From: the human T2T-CHM13v2.0 reference genome, Homo sapiens
Assembly: GCF_009914755.1 (NCBI RefSeq)
Contig: NC_060947.1
Reading direction: 5' to 3' (one strand)
DNA length: 64,000 bases
The notes beneath the pieces were generated by a model, which was not told where the DNA came from, made no database searches, and saw only the letters and a list, made by a program, of their open reading frames with translations. This document shows positions 13,997 to 25,905 of this stretch, piece after piece. A program made the translations under genes and the position numbers. How positions within the stretch are numbered: position 1 is the stretch's first letter; every line of letters starts with the position of its first letter.

Positions 13997-14997
13997 TGCT
14001 GGGGGGAATGCAATTTAGTTCAGCCAGCAGTTTAGAGACTTCTTCAAGAACTTACATCAGAATTACCATTCAACCCAGCAAACCCATTACCAGGTATCTA
14101 CCCAAAGGAAAATAAATCATTTTACCAAAAAGACACATGCACTTGCGTGTTCAGCACAGCAGTATTCACAATAGCAAAGACATGGAATCAACCTATGTGC
14201 CCATCAATGATGGACTGCATAAAGAAAATGTGGTACATATACATCATGAAGTACTATGCAGTCATATAAAAAGAACAAAATTATGTCCTTTGCAGCAACA
14301 TGGATGCAGCTGAAGGCCATTATGCTAAGTGAACTAATTCAGAAACAGAAAAACAAATACCATGTTGATATGGTTTGGCTGTGTCTCCAACCAAATCTCA
14401 TCCTGAATTGTAGCTCCCATAATCCCCACATATCATGGGAAGGACCCTGTGGGAGGTAACTGAATTATGGGGGTGGGTTTTTTCTTGTGCTGTTCTCATG
14501 ACTGTAAGTCTCATGAGATCTGTGCAGTTGCCCTGCAGAGATCTCATGAGCATGCAGTTCCCCTGCACACTATCTCTTGCCTGCCGCCATGTAAGATGTG
14601 CCTTTGCTCCTCCTTTACCTTCCACCATGATTGTGAGGCCTCCCAGCCATGTGGAACTGTGAGTCCATTAAACCTCTTTTTCTTTATAAATTACCCAGTC
14701 TCAGGTATTTCTTTATATCAGTATGCAAATGGACCAATACACATGTTCTCATTTATAAGTGGGAGCTAAACAACAGATACACATGGACATAAAGATTGGG
14801 ACAATAGACACTGGGGTTTTGAATGGTGGGAGGAAGAGGAGGCAAGTGTTGAAAAACTTCATGTTAGGTGGGCACAATATTCACTACCTGAGCAATGGGA
14901 TCATTAGAAGCCCAAACCTCAGCATCACACAATATACCCTAGTAACAAACCTGCACATGTGTTCCCTAAATCCAAAATAAAAGTTGAAATTAAAAAC
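13997..14997 (+). mobile_element. 5'-truncated L1 (L1PA15/16-like), ORF2 end plus 3' UTR, split by a THE1
   Basis: CCCAAAGGAAAATAAATCATT..GACATGGAATCAACCTA; AGCCCAAACCTCAGCATCAC..AAACCTGCACATGT; TSD AAATCAGCC at 13988-13996 and 14998-15006. Confidence 0.9.
14366..14741 (+). mobile_element. THE1 solo LTR nested in L1
   Basis: TGATATGGTTTGGCTGTG...GGACCAATACA; TSD CATGT at 14361-14365 and 14742-14746. Confidence 0.93.
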
Positions 14998-15209
14998 AAA
15001 TCAGCCATGCCAACAGTGTGATTTTAGGACTTCTGACCTCCAATTCTATAAGAGAATAAGTTTGTCTTATTTTAAGTCACTGTGTTTGTAATACTTTTTA
15101 TACCAGCAAAAGAAAACAAATATACCTTCTCACATCCAGAACTTTTGTTAACTCTTCATTTTCCCTCATCTGATAGACTCTCACCTTTTCTTATTTTCCC
15201 CTTCTGTAA

Positions 15210-15420
15210 GGACAGTTGGCTGAAGCTAGCTTGAACTGGTTCATGGAAACCAACTGGGGTCATCTCCTCCCATCTCCAAATTCAATAACAACATTTTGCA
15301 ACTTGGATTCAGACATGATAGGAATATTTACATCATGGAAATTGGAAAATGCTCCAAATTAGCACCTCAAGACACTCCTTCATGAGACTTCAATTTTCTT
15401 TAAAATTCACCAATCATTCC
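15210..15420 (+). mobile_element. MER63A-like (hAT-Blackjack) DNA transposon
   Basis: GGAATATTTACATCATGGAAATTGGAAAATGCTCCAAAT matches the MER63 core as I recall it. Confidence 0.65.
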
Positions 15421-16284
15421 CACTTTCTTGGATAATAGGTTTGGAAAAAATCAGGAAATTTTGCCTTGGAGTCCTTGCCCTAGGTTCAATGATTTTTATT
15501 ATAATGCAGATATATCTGGTTGAATATTGACTTGATATAACACCTAAAATGTACTTAATAGTAACAGGTGTATGTAAAATATTTTAAAGCATTGACATAA
15601 ACTAGAATTAGAGTAATCTTAGGAAATATTTACAGGTAGAATAGATGGGAAGAACAGAATATAAAGTAGACATTAAGAAAGAAGGCAGACTTGGTTGTAG
15701 AACAATTGACGGTCTATATGTGCAGAAATACAGAAGCGAATACAAGGAAGATAACGGTTTAAAGCGATTTGGAAAGAAGAATTAGTACTAGATGATAGCA
15801 GATCTTTCCACTTCAGTATAAGCCTTCTATATGTATTGAATATAGGAATAACACATACAAACCACACAGTACCTTATTAGTATAATTCAAAATAACTGAT
15901 TTCGCATGCGTGAAAACGAAATGTCACTACTTATACAAATCTATGCCGTGATGTTGACATTCGAGACTGCAGGAAAACTGGAGTCATTGAAGGATACCTT
16001 TGCACCAAATCTGATCAGGGGTAGGTAATTTTTTGCCTCGAAGTCTTCCCTTGGGTGCATCTTGAATACCTCTTCTCTCTCTTCTGTAGTGATTGATGTA
16101 TCCTCTTTGGGACTTGGTGTATCTTTACACTTTTCCATCTTGCCAATTTTACACATTGGCAGTGAGAATTTCTGCTGTTGGCATCTTCAGCAGAATCTCA
16201 GTCCTTTTGTACTTCCACACAAGGCTATTTTTACTTTCAGTCTTATTCTTAATCACTCCTGCTGTGTCAGAAACGCAGGCAATA

Positions 16285-16460
16285 TAGGGCTAGTAAATCC
16301 TCAGTAACTGCCTCTCCAGAGGACTTGGGGTGGAGGTTTGATTTGCAATGTTTGTCAATTTCTACGGTGTAGATACTCCCACTGAGACTGATTTCAAGTG
16401 ATCAGTGTGATGTCGTTGAATGTGTAGTTGGGAGGAGATGAACTCGACAAGTTCCCCCCA
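16285..16460 (-). mobile_element. MER63-like DNA transposon, opposite orientation
   Basis: TGATTTGCAATGTTTGTCAATTTCTACGGTGTAGATACTCCCAC..GATTTCAAG is the reverse complement of the MER63 core. Confidence 0.65.
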
Positions 16461-16534
16461 AAATTTGGTGTTGAATGTAAAGCAACTCTGAGCACCATTG
16501 ACTGAAGTCAAACCACATAGACAAAGCCTGTTCA

Positions 16535-17415
16535 TGAAGTCAACTAAAACAATTCAACAACAAATAAACAAATTACCCCATGAAAAATTGGGCAAGAGGG
16601 CATGAGTAGACATTTTTTAAAAGAAGACATACAAAAGCCAATGAGTCTATGAAAAATCTTCATCATCTCAAATCATCAGAGACCACAATCATCACCATTG
16701 TGGTCCAAGTCAAAACCACAACGAGATATCATCTTTTGCCAGTCAGAATGGCTGTAATTAAAAACTCAGAAAATAGCAGATGTTGGTGAGGATGTGAAGA
16801 AAAGGGAATGCTTATACACTGTTGGTGGGAATGTAAATTAGTAGAACCTCAATGGAAAACTGTGGAGATTTCTCAAATAACTAAAAATAGAACTACCATT
16901 GATTCAACAATGCCACTACTGGGTATCTACCCAAAGGAAAAGAAATTGTTGTATAAAAAAGATACCTGCACTTGTACATTTATTGCAGCACAACTCACAA
17001 TAGGAAAGATATAATATCAACCCAGGTTCCCATCAATGGTGGACTGGATTAAGAAAATGTGGTATAATACACCATGCAATATTACGCAGCCATAAAAAGA
17101 AGAAAATCATGTCTTTTGCAGCAACATGGATGGAACTGGAGGCCATTATCTTAAGTGAAGTAACTCAGAAAGGAAAATTAAATGCTGCATATTCTCACTC
17201 ACAAGTGGAAGCTAAATAATGTACACATGGACAAAGAGAGTGGAATAATAGAAATTGGAGGCTTATGAAGGGATTGAGGGATGAGAAATTTCTTAATAGG
17301 TATAAAGTACACTATTTAGTTGATGGCTACACTAAAAGCCAGGCTTCATTACTGTGCAAGATATCTATGTAACAGAATTGCACATGTACCCCCTAAATAC
17401 ATACTTTAAAAAAGA
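16535..17415 (+). mobile_element. 5'-truncated L1 (L1PB4-like), ORF2 end plus 3' UTR
   Basis: Degenerate ORF2 C-terminus (LIHCWWECKLV in ORF 16808); GATGGCTACACTAAAAGCC..TGCACATGTACCCC 3' UTR. Confidence 0.88.
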
Positions 17416-19740
17416 AAGAATAACTATCTTGATAAAAAGGGAAATCTAGGAAGCTTCCATAATCCATATTGTAACTCCAGTAAAGTTATAACTGTGAGGT
17501 CCTGCGTTGGGTGTCCCAATACAAAATCTGTAAAAAAAAAAAAAATTAAATAAAATGAAGTTGTCAGAGCACAGAATTGTGCATGTGGGAAAGATACTAG
17601 GTTTCAAATCTGGGAGTGTACACCCACCAGCATTGATTCTCATGAGATTTACAGCTTTCCTCATGCCAAGAAGTCATTGGCACTTGCAATCATACAAATG
17701 AGGAGAATGAAAGGATTGTGGAAATACCGACAGCCTTATAGCAGTCTACTAAATATAGAGCTCTGCAGAGGCAGAAGAGAGATAATTCATGCATTAGAGT
17801 AAATCCAACTAAACTTTCTTTGAACTGATCAGAGCATCCATGGGAAACAACAGGGCTGAAAAACATGCAGCTTTTCTCCTTTAGGGAAAAATTTGGCCTC
17901 AGATGAGCATTTATGTTTGTTGTAAAAAGCGGGGAAAATTATGCATGTATTAAAGAATAGATATTTTTGTAATACCACACCCCAGCTAGAATAGTGCTGT
18001 TCAGTGAAAGTTCGTATTTCCCAAAACACAGCCGTGAAGCCAGAAAAGCCAATATCTCAGTAAGATGCTTCTATCTGAAAAAAAAAAAAAAAAAATCTGC
18101 AAAAGGCTAAAGAAACTATCCTAAGATGGTATGTTTTTATGCAATATTTTATTTTTGAAGGATTAGCTAACCTACCTCTTTCTCTTACCGATTTTTTAGA
18201 TAGAAACATTGGCTTTAAGGGAACAGCCATGTAACAGATTCAAGGGAGCACTTGTCTGGTTGGCTTTAATTTCTAGAAGATCACACCCATCCATGACAAT
18301 ACGCTTTGTATTTCTGAGGAAGGATTTTCCTCATGGAACTAAAAATGTACAGCAGGAAATGGATAGAAAGTCAGAGGACATTCAGTGTTGCAAAAGGACT
18401 TGGTCCTGCTCTCTGATTCTGGGGAAAAAAACAAAAACAAACAAACAAACAAAAAAACAACTTAGGGAGATGACATGGCCCTAGAGAGGTTTGGCTGCAA
18501 GTTGTGCCCAGGTGAAGAGGGCCATGGGTGGCCTCTCATTTCCTGACATTCAACACAAATCAGAACTGGAAACCACAGCAGGACAAAGCAAATCTCATCT
18601 CCTTACATGGACCAAAGTCAAAGTCCAGATTCATTGCCGCAGAAGCTGAAGACCAGAAAGTACCACTGCCTCTCTGTGGAAGATTTTGCATTTTACAAGC
18701 ACCCCAGGGCAAACTGTGGGCAGTGGTTGGTTTGCTAAATGAACTGGGATGATATTTTCTCCATTTCACTTTAACTAGAAAATTAGAGTTTAAAAAGTAT
18801 AGTTGTATTTCTTAGATGCCAATGTTTAAAGACTGAGCTTCGCGCTAATGACATTCAGAGATGGCCATCAAATAGGTGACCTAAGAAACCCTGGATGGAA
18901 ACTCATGCATAATTGTGTTTTACACTAATTTGCATGGAAATTTTGATTAATGCAACCAAAAAGTTAAGTCCACCATCTAGATTCAATATTAAGGTAATCA
19001 CATCCAAAGGAGAGAGACAGTATTAAAGGGAAACAGGTGGAATAAAAACTAAATTAACAAACAAGGAAGCTGATGGAAAGTTACGTCACTTGCCAGAGAA
19101 GACAGGGTCTATACTCTATACAAAAGGTCAACCTGAAGCAAAGCTGTGCTCCAAGGGAATTGTGTCTTAGGTAGTATCCCCATTATTCTCTACTTGGTAC
19201 TTTTTTCTCTTTAACTGGTAAGAAATGATTTCTCATTTAAGAGCATCCAAAAACCCACTTTTGTCTATGAGCCATGCAGGATTCCAGCTCCAGGGCATCC
19301 AGGCTTGGCTGGTTTCCAGTCTGGGGCCTGCTTTTGATCTTTCGACACATATTCTTGGCATTCTAAACTCTTCTACGTCAACACCCATATAAACAGATTC
19401 AAGACAGCATCTTTCTTGTTGGTTTTAATTTCTAGACCAAACTCATTAAAGACAATACATTTGGTGTTTCTGAGGAGGGGATTTCCTCAGGGGGCTAAAA
19501 GTGTGTGATGGAAACTCAATAGAGGGGCAGAGGACATTCAAGAAGATACTGTCAATTAATTTCTGCCCCTGTTCTTAGGGTTCTAAACCTTTCTCAGCCT
19601 TGTGCCCCAAATGCCCAAGAATAACTGGTTTAAAGCACTGATTCAATCTTTCCTGCAACACAGTTAATGGGTGGTAACGATGATTGTGACTAATTTAAAG
19701 AAAATACTGACTTGCAAACAGACACCTCAAATGCTTTAAA

Positions 19741-19963
19741 CTATGATTTCTTAACTCCAGTACCAATGACATTGGGTGTGGATGATTCTTGCGAAGAGAA
19801 GGGACAGTCCTGTTTATCATAGAATATTTATCAGCTTATCTAGCTTCTACCCACTAGATTCCAGTAGGATTCACCAGCTTCCCAGGCTGCAACCACCAAA
19901 AATGGTCTCTAACTCTGCTAAATGTCATCTTGAGAGCAAAATTGCTCCCATGGATAGCCATGG
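19741..19963 (+). mobile_element. MER20 (hAT-Charlie) DNA transposon
   Basis: CTTCTACCCACTAGATTCCAGTAG..CCAAAAATGGTCTC..GCTAAATGTC..GCAAAATTGCTCCC. Confidence 0.75.
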
Positions 19964-20215
19964 ATTTATTTAATTTCAAAACTACTGACAGTAGGCAGGG
20001 TTGAAATCAGGGTCATGCTGAATAAGAGAAAAGACGATCACTACAAAAAGAAAACCAAGCAAAAACAAAAGTTACCAGCATAGATACACCTAAGGCCTTT
20101 TTTTTTTTTTCTATGAATTTTGGCAAGGTATGTTAGCACTGCATTTTTGGGACCAGTAGCCAAGGGAACTTCTTGAGAAATGCAGACCTCCAATGAACCC
20201 TGCCGGTAACACATC

Positions 20216-20571
20216 TGATATGGTTTGGCTCTGTATCCCCACCCAAATCTCACCTCGAATTGTCATAATCCCCACGTGTCAAGGGTGGGGCCAGGTGGAC
20301 ATAATTGAATTATGGAGGCGGTTCCCCCATAGTGTTCTCCTGATAGTGAATGAGTGCTCAGGAGCTATGATGGTTTTATAAGCATCTGGCATTTCCCCTG
20401 CTGGTACATTCTCTCTTGCCTGCCGTGATCTAAGATGAAACTTCTGCCTTCCTCCCTGACTGTGAGGCCTCCCCAGCCACGTGGAACTGTAAGTCCATTA
20501 AACCTCTTTCTTTTGTAAATTGCCCAATCTCAGGTATGTCTTTATCAGCAGCGTGAAAACGGACTAATACA
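20216..20571 (+). mobile_element. THE1A/B solo LTR
   Basis: TGATATGGTTTGGCTCTG...GTATGTCTTTATCAGCAGCGTGAAAACGGACTAATACA; TSD ACATC at 20211-20215 and 20572-20576. Confidence 0.94.
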
Positions 20572-20864
20572 ACATCAATGGGGATGGACATTACAATGAC
20601 CCCCACTGCATTGAACAGACCTTCTATGAGGCTCAGGTTTGTTTTCAGATGAGTTAAAAACCCGTTATGAAAAATGTCACCATAATAAATGATGCCTTCC
20701 TTTTGTTTAAAACGTTAGTGAAAAATTTATTTATCAAAGTTACTTGCTTGGATAAATAAATTTCTATTCGAAGACATTAAAAGAAACAACAACAACAAAA
20801 CCTAGTTAGCATAGTTAACTTAGTAAGAGCTGGGGAAATAATACCTTTAAAAAGTTAATGTTTG

Positions 20865-21158
<294 letters not shown>

Positions 21159-22238
21159 AAGTTAATATGTGGAGTTGGGAACAATGGATTCTGAAGGTAG
21201 ATCACATTCTGTCTTGAATGCAGTAGGTAGACATATTTTTTTAACTGTGGAGATGTTTTATTTCCTTCCCACGCTTTTAACATTCTTTGTATTCTGTACT
21301 GAAGATCAAGAACTAAACATTCCACTTTTATGTTTCTCCCATGGGGTACTTTTAAATTAAGTTGGTCTCTGGCTATTATATTTATTTTAATCTTTTGAGT
21401 TTGTTTTTCCCAACAATAAAGCCTGCAGTTTACTAATGTACTGTCAGATGATGTTGAATACGCAGGAGACAGAGCCATTTTCTGTCTCAGTAAACAGATT
21501 TTTCTCAAACCAAAAGCTAGAGATTAGGTCAATAAGCTTTTATGGCAACTTGTTAGATTTTTCTTAGGAAATCATAAAGATTTTTCTTTCTAGCTCATTT
21601 TCAAATTATATGAAATGATCAGAACTAAAAATAAAGAATTTTAGAACTAATATTTTATAAAATTAGGATCGTAAAACCAAGATCCAAACTGATTTTTAAA
21701 AATGTATATACCCAGTGTCTTAGGTCAAGTTTTCTAGAAGAGCCTGGAGAAGGGTTCTTGTGCATTAGATTTTTTCAGTAATAATAATACTAATATTTAT
21801 TAAAGCCTTTGTATGTGCTAGACATAATGCTAAACACCTCACATGTATTATTTCATTTAATTTTCAAAATAATCCTATAAAGCAGGTTTTATTATATATT
21901 TTTTCAGATTTAGGGGGTACATCTGCTTGTTTGTTATATGAGTATATTGCATAATGGTGGGGATTCAGCTTCTAGCATACCCATTGCCCAAATAGTGAAC
22001 ATTGTACCCAATAGGTAATTTTCCAAACCTCACGCCCCTCCCTCTTCCATTTTGGAGTCTCCAGTGTTTATTATCTCCATTTTTATGCCCATGTATGCCC
22101 ACTGTTTAGCTCTCACTTATAAGTGAGAACATACAGTATTTGGTTTTCTGTTTCTGAGTTAATGGACTTAGGACAATGGCTCCCAGCTTCATCCATATTG
22201 CAGTTAAAGACTTGATTTTATTTTATTTTTGTAGTTCG

Positions 22239-22250
22239 TTTTTCTTTCCT

Positions 22251-22316
<66 letters not shown>

Positions 22317-22350
22317 TTTCTCTCTTTCTTTCTTTTATTATTTTTTTTTT
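22239..22350. repeat. (TTTC)n tetranucleotide plus poly-T: expanded poly(A) tail of the retrocopy
   Basis: Directly abuts the pseudogene 3' end on the minus strand. Confidence 0.9.
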
Positions 22351-23079
22351 GGCTGCCCTGAAGGGCAGACAGGTTTATTGGTCAGCAGCCGGGAAAATCA
22401 GTGGTTGGGCTTGGCCACATGCTGCAGCTCTTCCTTCTTCTTGATGGCATAGGAGTTAGAGGAGCCCTAGGTGGCATTGATGAGCTTATCTGCCAGACAC
22501 TCAGCAATGGTCTTGATGTTCCGGAAGGGAGCCTCACAAGTGCCTGTGCACAGCAGCCAGATGGCCTGATTCACATGGCGCAGTGGGGACACGTCCACAG
22601 CCTGTCGTCTCACAGTCCTGGCTCGCCCAATGCGTGTGGAGCCCTCCCAGGGACCACTGTTGATGATGCACCAGGACTTGCAGAGGGTTCTTGCCTGTGA
22701 GCAGGTGTATGATCTCGAAGGCATACTTGACGATGCGCACAGTCATGAACTTCTTGCAGTTGTTGCGGCCATGCATCATCATGGAGTTAGTGAGGGGCTC
22801 CACAATTGGGCACTGAGCTTTGTGGAAGCGTTTGGGGGCATACCACCCTGAACTGTGAGGCAGGTACTTGGCATACTTCTCCGTCACTGCAATGTAATCC
22901 TGCAGGGAAATGTCATTGATCTGCACATCATCAGTGCTCCACTTCCCAAAAAGCTTGATGTCAAGGGTCTGTGCCACCGCTGGTGCTGCTGTCTCCCACT
23001 CGGTCATCCTGAGAGCATAGCCTGAGAATCTCTGTCGCTCGGCGTGGACCACGCGCCGCCTTGGCACAGAAAGACAGAG
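22351..23079 (-). pseudogene. RPS5P: Processed pseudogene of 40S ribosomal protein S5 (RPS5/uS7)
   Basis: Intronless; ATG at 23007-23005 gives [41 protein letters not shown]..; second frame [47 protein letters not shown]; 5-nt deletion frameshift at 22668/22669; nonsense TAG at 22469-22467; native TGA at 22400-22398; AATAAA at 22379-22374; poly(A) tail; 5' UTR retained. Which numbered RPS5P locus this is cannot be determined here. Confidence 0.97.
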
Positions 23080-23702
23080 CGGCTGTGTAGTTTTCTATTA
23101 TGTATATGCACCACATTTTCTTTACCCAGTAAATCATCAATGGACATGAGTTTCTGAAGGAGACCTCTCAGGAGAAGGGCAGGACAGCAGGCTAGGGACA
23201 GGAGAGCAGAGAGCTAGACTGGATATGGTCCCACCTGGAGCTGTATTTCAACTTGCACTTCAAATTTAGTCCCATCTTGAGGCAAAATAGCTGACCTATG
23301 TTCTCCAGGGCATGCAAAATCGCTGCATCCAGATGATGCCCATGAAGGATTTTAATAGTGATGAAAAGTGGTTATGACGTGTGTTAAGTGAATCAGAGAC
23401 TAGACAGGAATCTACCACCAACACAGTCTTAACCATGCACTAAAGTTTACTTAACCAAGACTAAAGAGAGTTATACAAAAGTATTATTCGTGGTTATCTC
23501 TGGAAGATGAAAGATCTCTAGAAGATGAAAGGTGGTCATTTTCTTTAATTTTTAAAATAAATTTCCAAAGTTTTTACAGTGGACTTAGTGTAGTGAACAA
23601 GAACACGTTCACTACACTAGACCAAGAACACCTAGTATGTGTTCAAAATCTTGTTTAGCAACCCAAGTAAGGTATGACTGAACAATTTACTTTCCATCCT
23701 TT

Positions 23703-23830
23703 AAAAGGGGGTTGATAAATTTTGACCCATGACCAAATCCAACTGACCATCTGTTTTGTAAATAAAGTTTTATTGGAACTCCTCATCTATGACTGCTTTT
23801 GTACAGTAGCAGAACGGAATAGTTTCCACT
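23703..23830. mobile_element. MER58A-like (hAT-Charlie) fragment
   Basis: CTGTTTTGTAAATAAAGTTTTATTGGAAC..TCTATGACTGCTTTTG. Confidence 0.7.
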
Positions 23831-24829
23831 CTGATAGGTTTAAAAGACAGCATGTGGGTGAAGAAATCACTCAACTCTTACAATACTATTGTCACTTCCA
23901 CAGCTCACTTTATTTTCCATCAGAAGCACAACTAGTCCTTGCAGGCTCTTATTACAAAGAAAGAAAATTAGACTCAGTAATTAAAGTGAATTGCCTAAGT
24001 CCCCATAACTATCTCAAAGCATGTGGAACCAGACATATGTGTGATTCTCAATACACAACCTTTACAATCAATTCGTTGCTTCCAAGAAATCAGTAACTAT
24101 CTATTTTCAGGTATATCCCAGGTTTCCAGAGTGGAAGTAGGGAGTAGAAAAGGTTGCATATAAAGGTTCATTAGGTTTTAGTAGTATTATATTTTTCATA
24201 CGGGGCTAGTTTGCTCAAGTACTTTTGATCATTTGTGGACAATGCAGTTAAGGTAAATCCTACCAGGGGATTATGTAAATTTAATGTTTGAATGCATTTC
24301 TTTTGCATATTGGAAGCTCATATAACTTTTTGTGTAGCATATTAGTGCAGGAATTCTTTTACTAGAAGTAAGAACGTAAAGCTTACCAGAATTCATTATT
24401 TTCATTCCTCAAGATGAGAAATATTGTGCTTTTGGATTCTATTACATAATTCTGTGCTTTGGAGCAAAGACAATCTGTAACAGACATTTTATTCCACCTG
24501 TTTTTGCTATATTTACTGTAGTCCTATAGATGTAGGCTAGAGAAAAAAGTTAAAGTAGCTGAATAAAATATACTTTCCATGTCGTTTTTTGGGGGGAATC
24601 CTTAAGAATGAAATGTAAGTAGTTTTGTAAGTATATGAAAGGCAACCTCTCAGTGCTGTTTCTCTGTGTTCTTTCAAACAGCTATTATCTTCTCAAATAC
24701 CTCAGCATGAATGATAGAACTCAGGAATGGTAAATATGATGGCTTAGGCTGCACCAGAAGAAGGACAGAGCAGGGTCGTGATCCATTCTGAAATGCATGG
24801 CAGATGATATTTAGAAACAGGCTGTCTGG

Positions 24830-25129
24830 GGCCAGGTACAGTGACTCACACCTGTAATTCTAGCATTTTGGGAGGCCAAGGCAGGAAGATTGCTTGAGCC
24901 CTGGAGTTCAAGATTAGCCTGGGCAAGTTGTAACAAGACCTCGTGTCTACAAAAAAAAATTTTAAAGAAACCAGCCAGACATGGTGGTCTACACCTTCAG
25001 TCCTAGCTACTCAGGAAACTGGGGCAGGAGGATCCCTTGAGCCAGGGAGTTTGAGGCTGCAGTGAGCTGTCATTAGACCACTGTACTCCAGCTTGGGTGA
25101 CAGAGACCCTGTCTTTAGGGAAAAAAAAA
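24830..25129 (+). mobile_element. AluJ SINE
   Basis: AGATTGCTTGAGCCCTGGAGTTCAAG, GAGGCTGCAGTGAGCTG, A tail. Confidence 0.92.
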
Positions 25130-25905
25130 GTATTTTAAAATTAAGAAATAGAAATAAGCTCTTTGCAAATAGTAAATGAGTTTCTTCCATATGTAAAGTG
25201 CCCTGCTAAGAAATGTGTAAATAAGACACAGTCTCCGTATTATGAGCTGAATACTTTTTGTAGAAGAAATACGTGTTTTAGGCGAATACTTATAGTACAG
25301 GGAACAGGCAATGCAGTCAATGTGTTCAACAATAAACGATTAATTATTTCCTATTTACCAGGTGTTTTACTGGAAAGACAAATGGAGTACTCTTCACTCT
25401 CTGCTGCTTCGTATTACAAATAATCTGCCTTAAGAGCATTGCTAAAGTAGAAAAATTAACCAAAACACAATTGGATGATTTTTTTCACTGGTGATGGGAA
25501 GAAGATCAGGGGTTGGGATCGACCAACCAGTTCCCAGTATCATATTGGTTTCTACTTTATCCTCCAGCTCTTGAAGTTAGAGGTGACGAAAAAACTGAAG
25601 ACCACAAGCCACATCAACGACTTGGGTGAATGAGCTACCACAGACCACTGTCCACACATTCAGAATATCTTGCAAGATTCCATTCCTGTCTCCACCTTTC
25701 ACTGGGTGAGTGATGGATGTAGAAAGCCAGGCTAATGATGGTAAAGATGTGTACCTGCCACAGGATAGTTCTGTGTTTGGGGTGGTGCCCATGGTTGAGC
25801 TAGGACAGTAGGCAGCCTCTTCTTTGCATTGGCCATTTCATCCCTATAAATAGTTTTGCTTGGGGTACCTGAATTCAACTGTGCCAGGTCATTTAAGGCT
25901 AACAG

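Larger units (their letters stand above)
13666..15124 (+). mobile_element. MLT1D-like MaLR LTR split by an L1 insertion
   Basis: 5' part GGTAGGCTGAATAATGGCCCCCAAAG.. to 13996; resumes at ~15007 with ATGCCAACAGTGTGATTTTAGGACTTCTGACCTCC.. Confidence 0.85.
21895..23150 (-). mobile_element. L1 3' end (L1PA16-like) interrupted by the RPS5 retrocopy
   Basis: GGGGGTACATCTG..CCCAAATAGTGAACATTGTACCCAATAGG..CACTTATAAGTGAGAACA to ~22230; resumes GGCTGTGTAGT..ATATGCACCACATTTTCTTTA after 23080. Confidence 0.85.

Noticed and set aside
15941-16156. 71-aa ORF in unique sequence as a coding exon
   Set aside because: No recognisable domain; length is within chance expectation
22534-23067. 177-aa ORF as a functional RPS5 gene
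   Set aside because: The ORF starts at a GTG in the 5' UTR; the copy is intronless, frameshifted, has a nonsense codon and a genomic poly(A) tail, so it is a processed pseudogene
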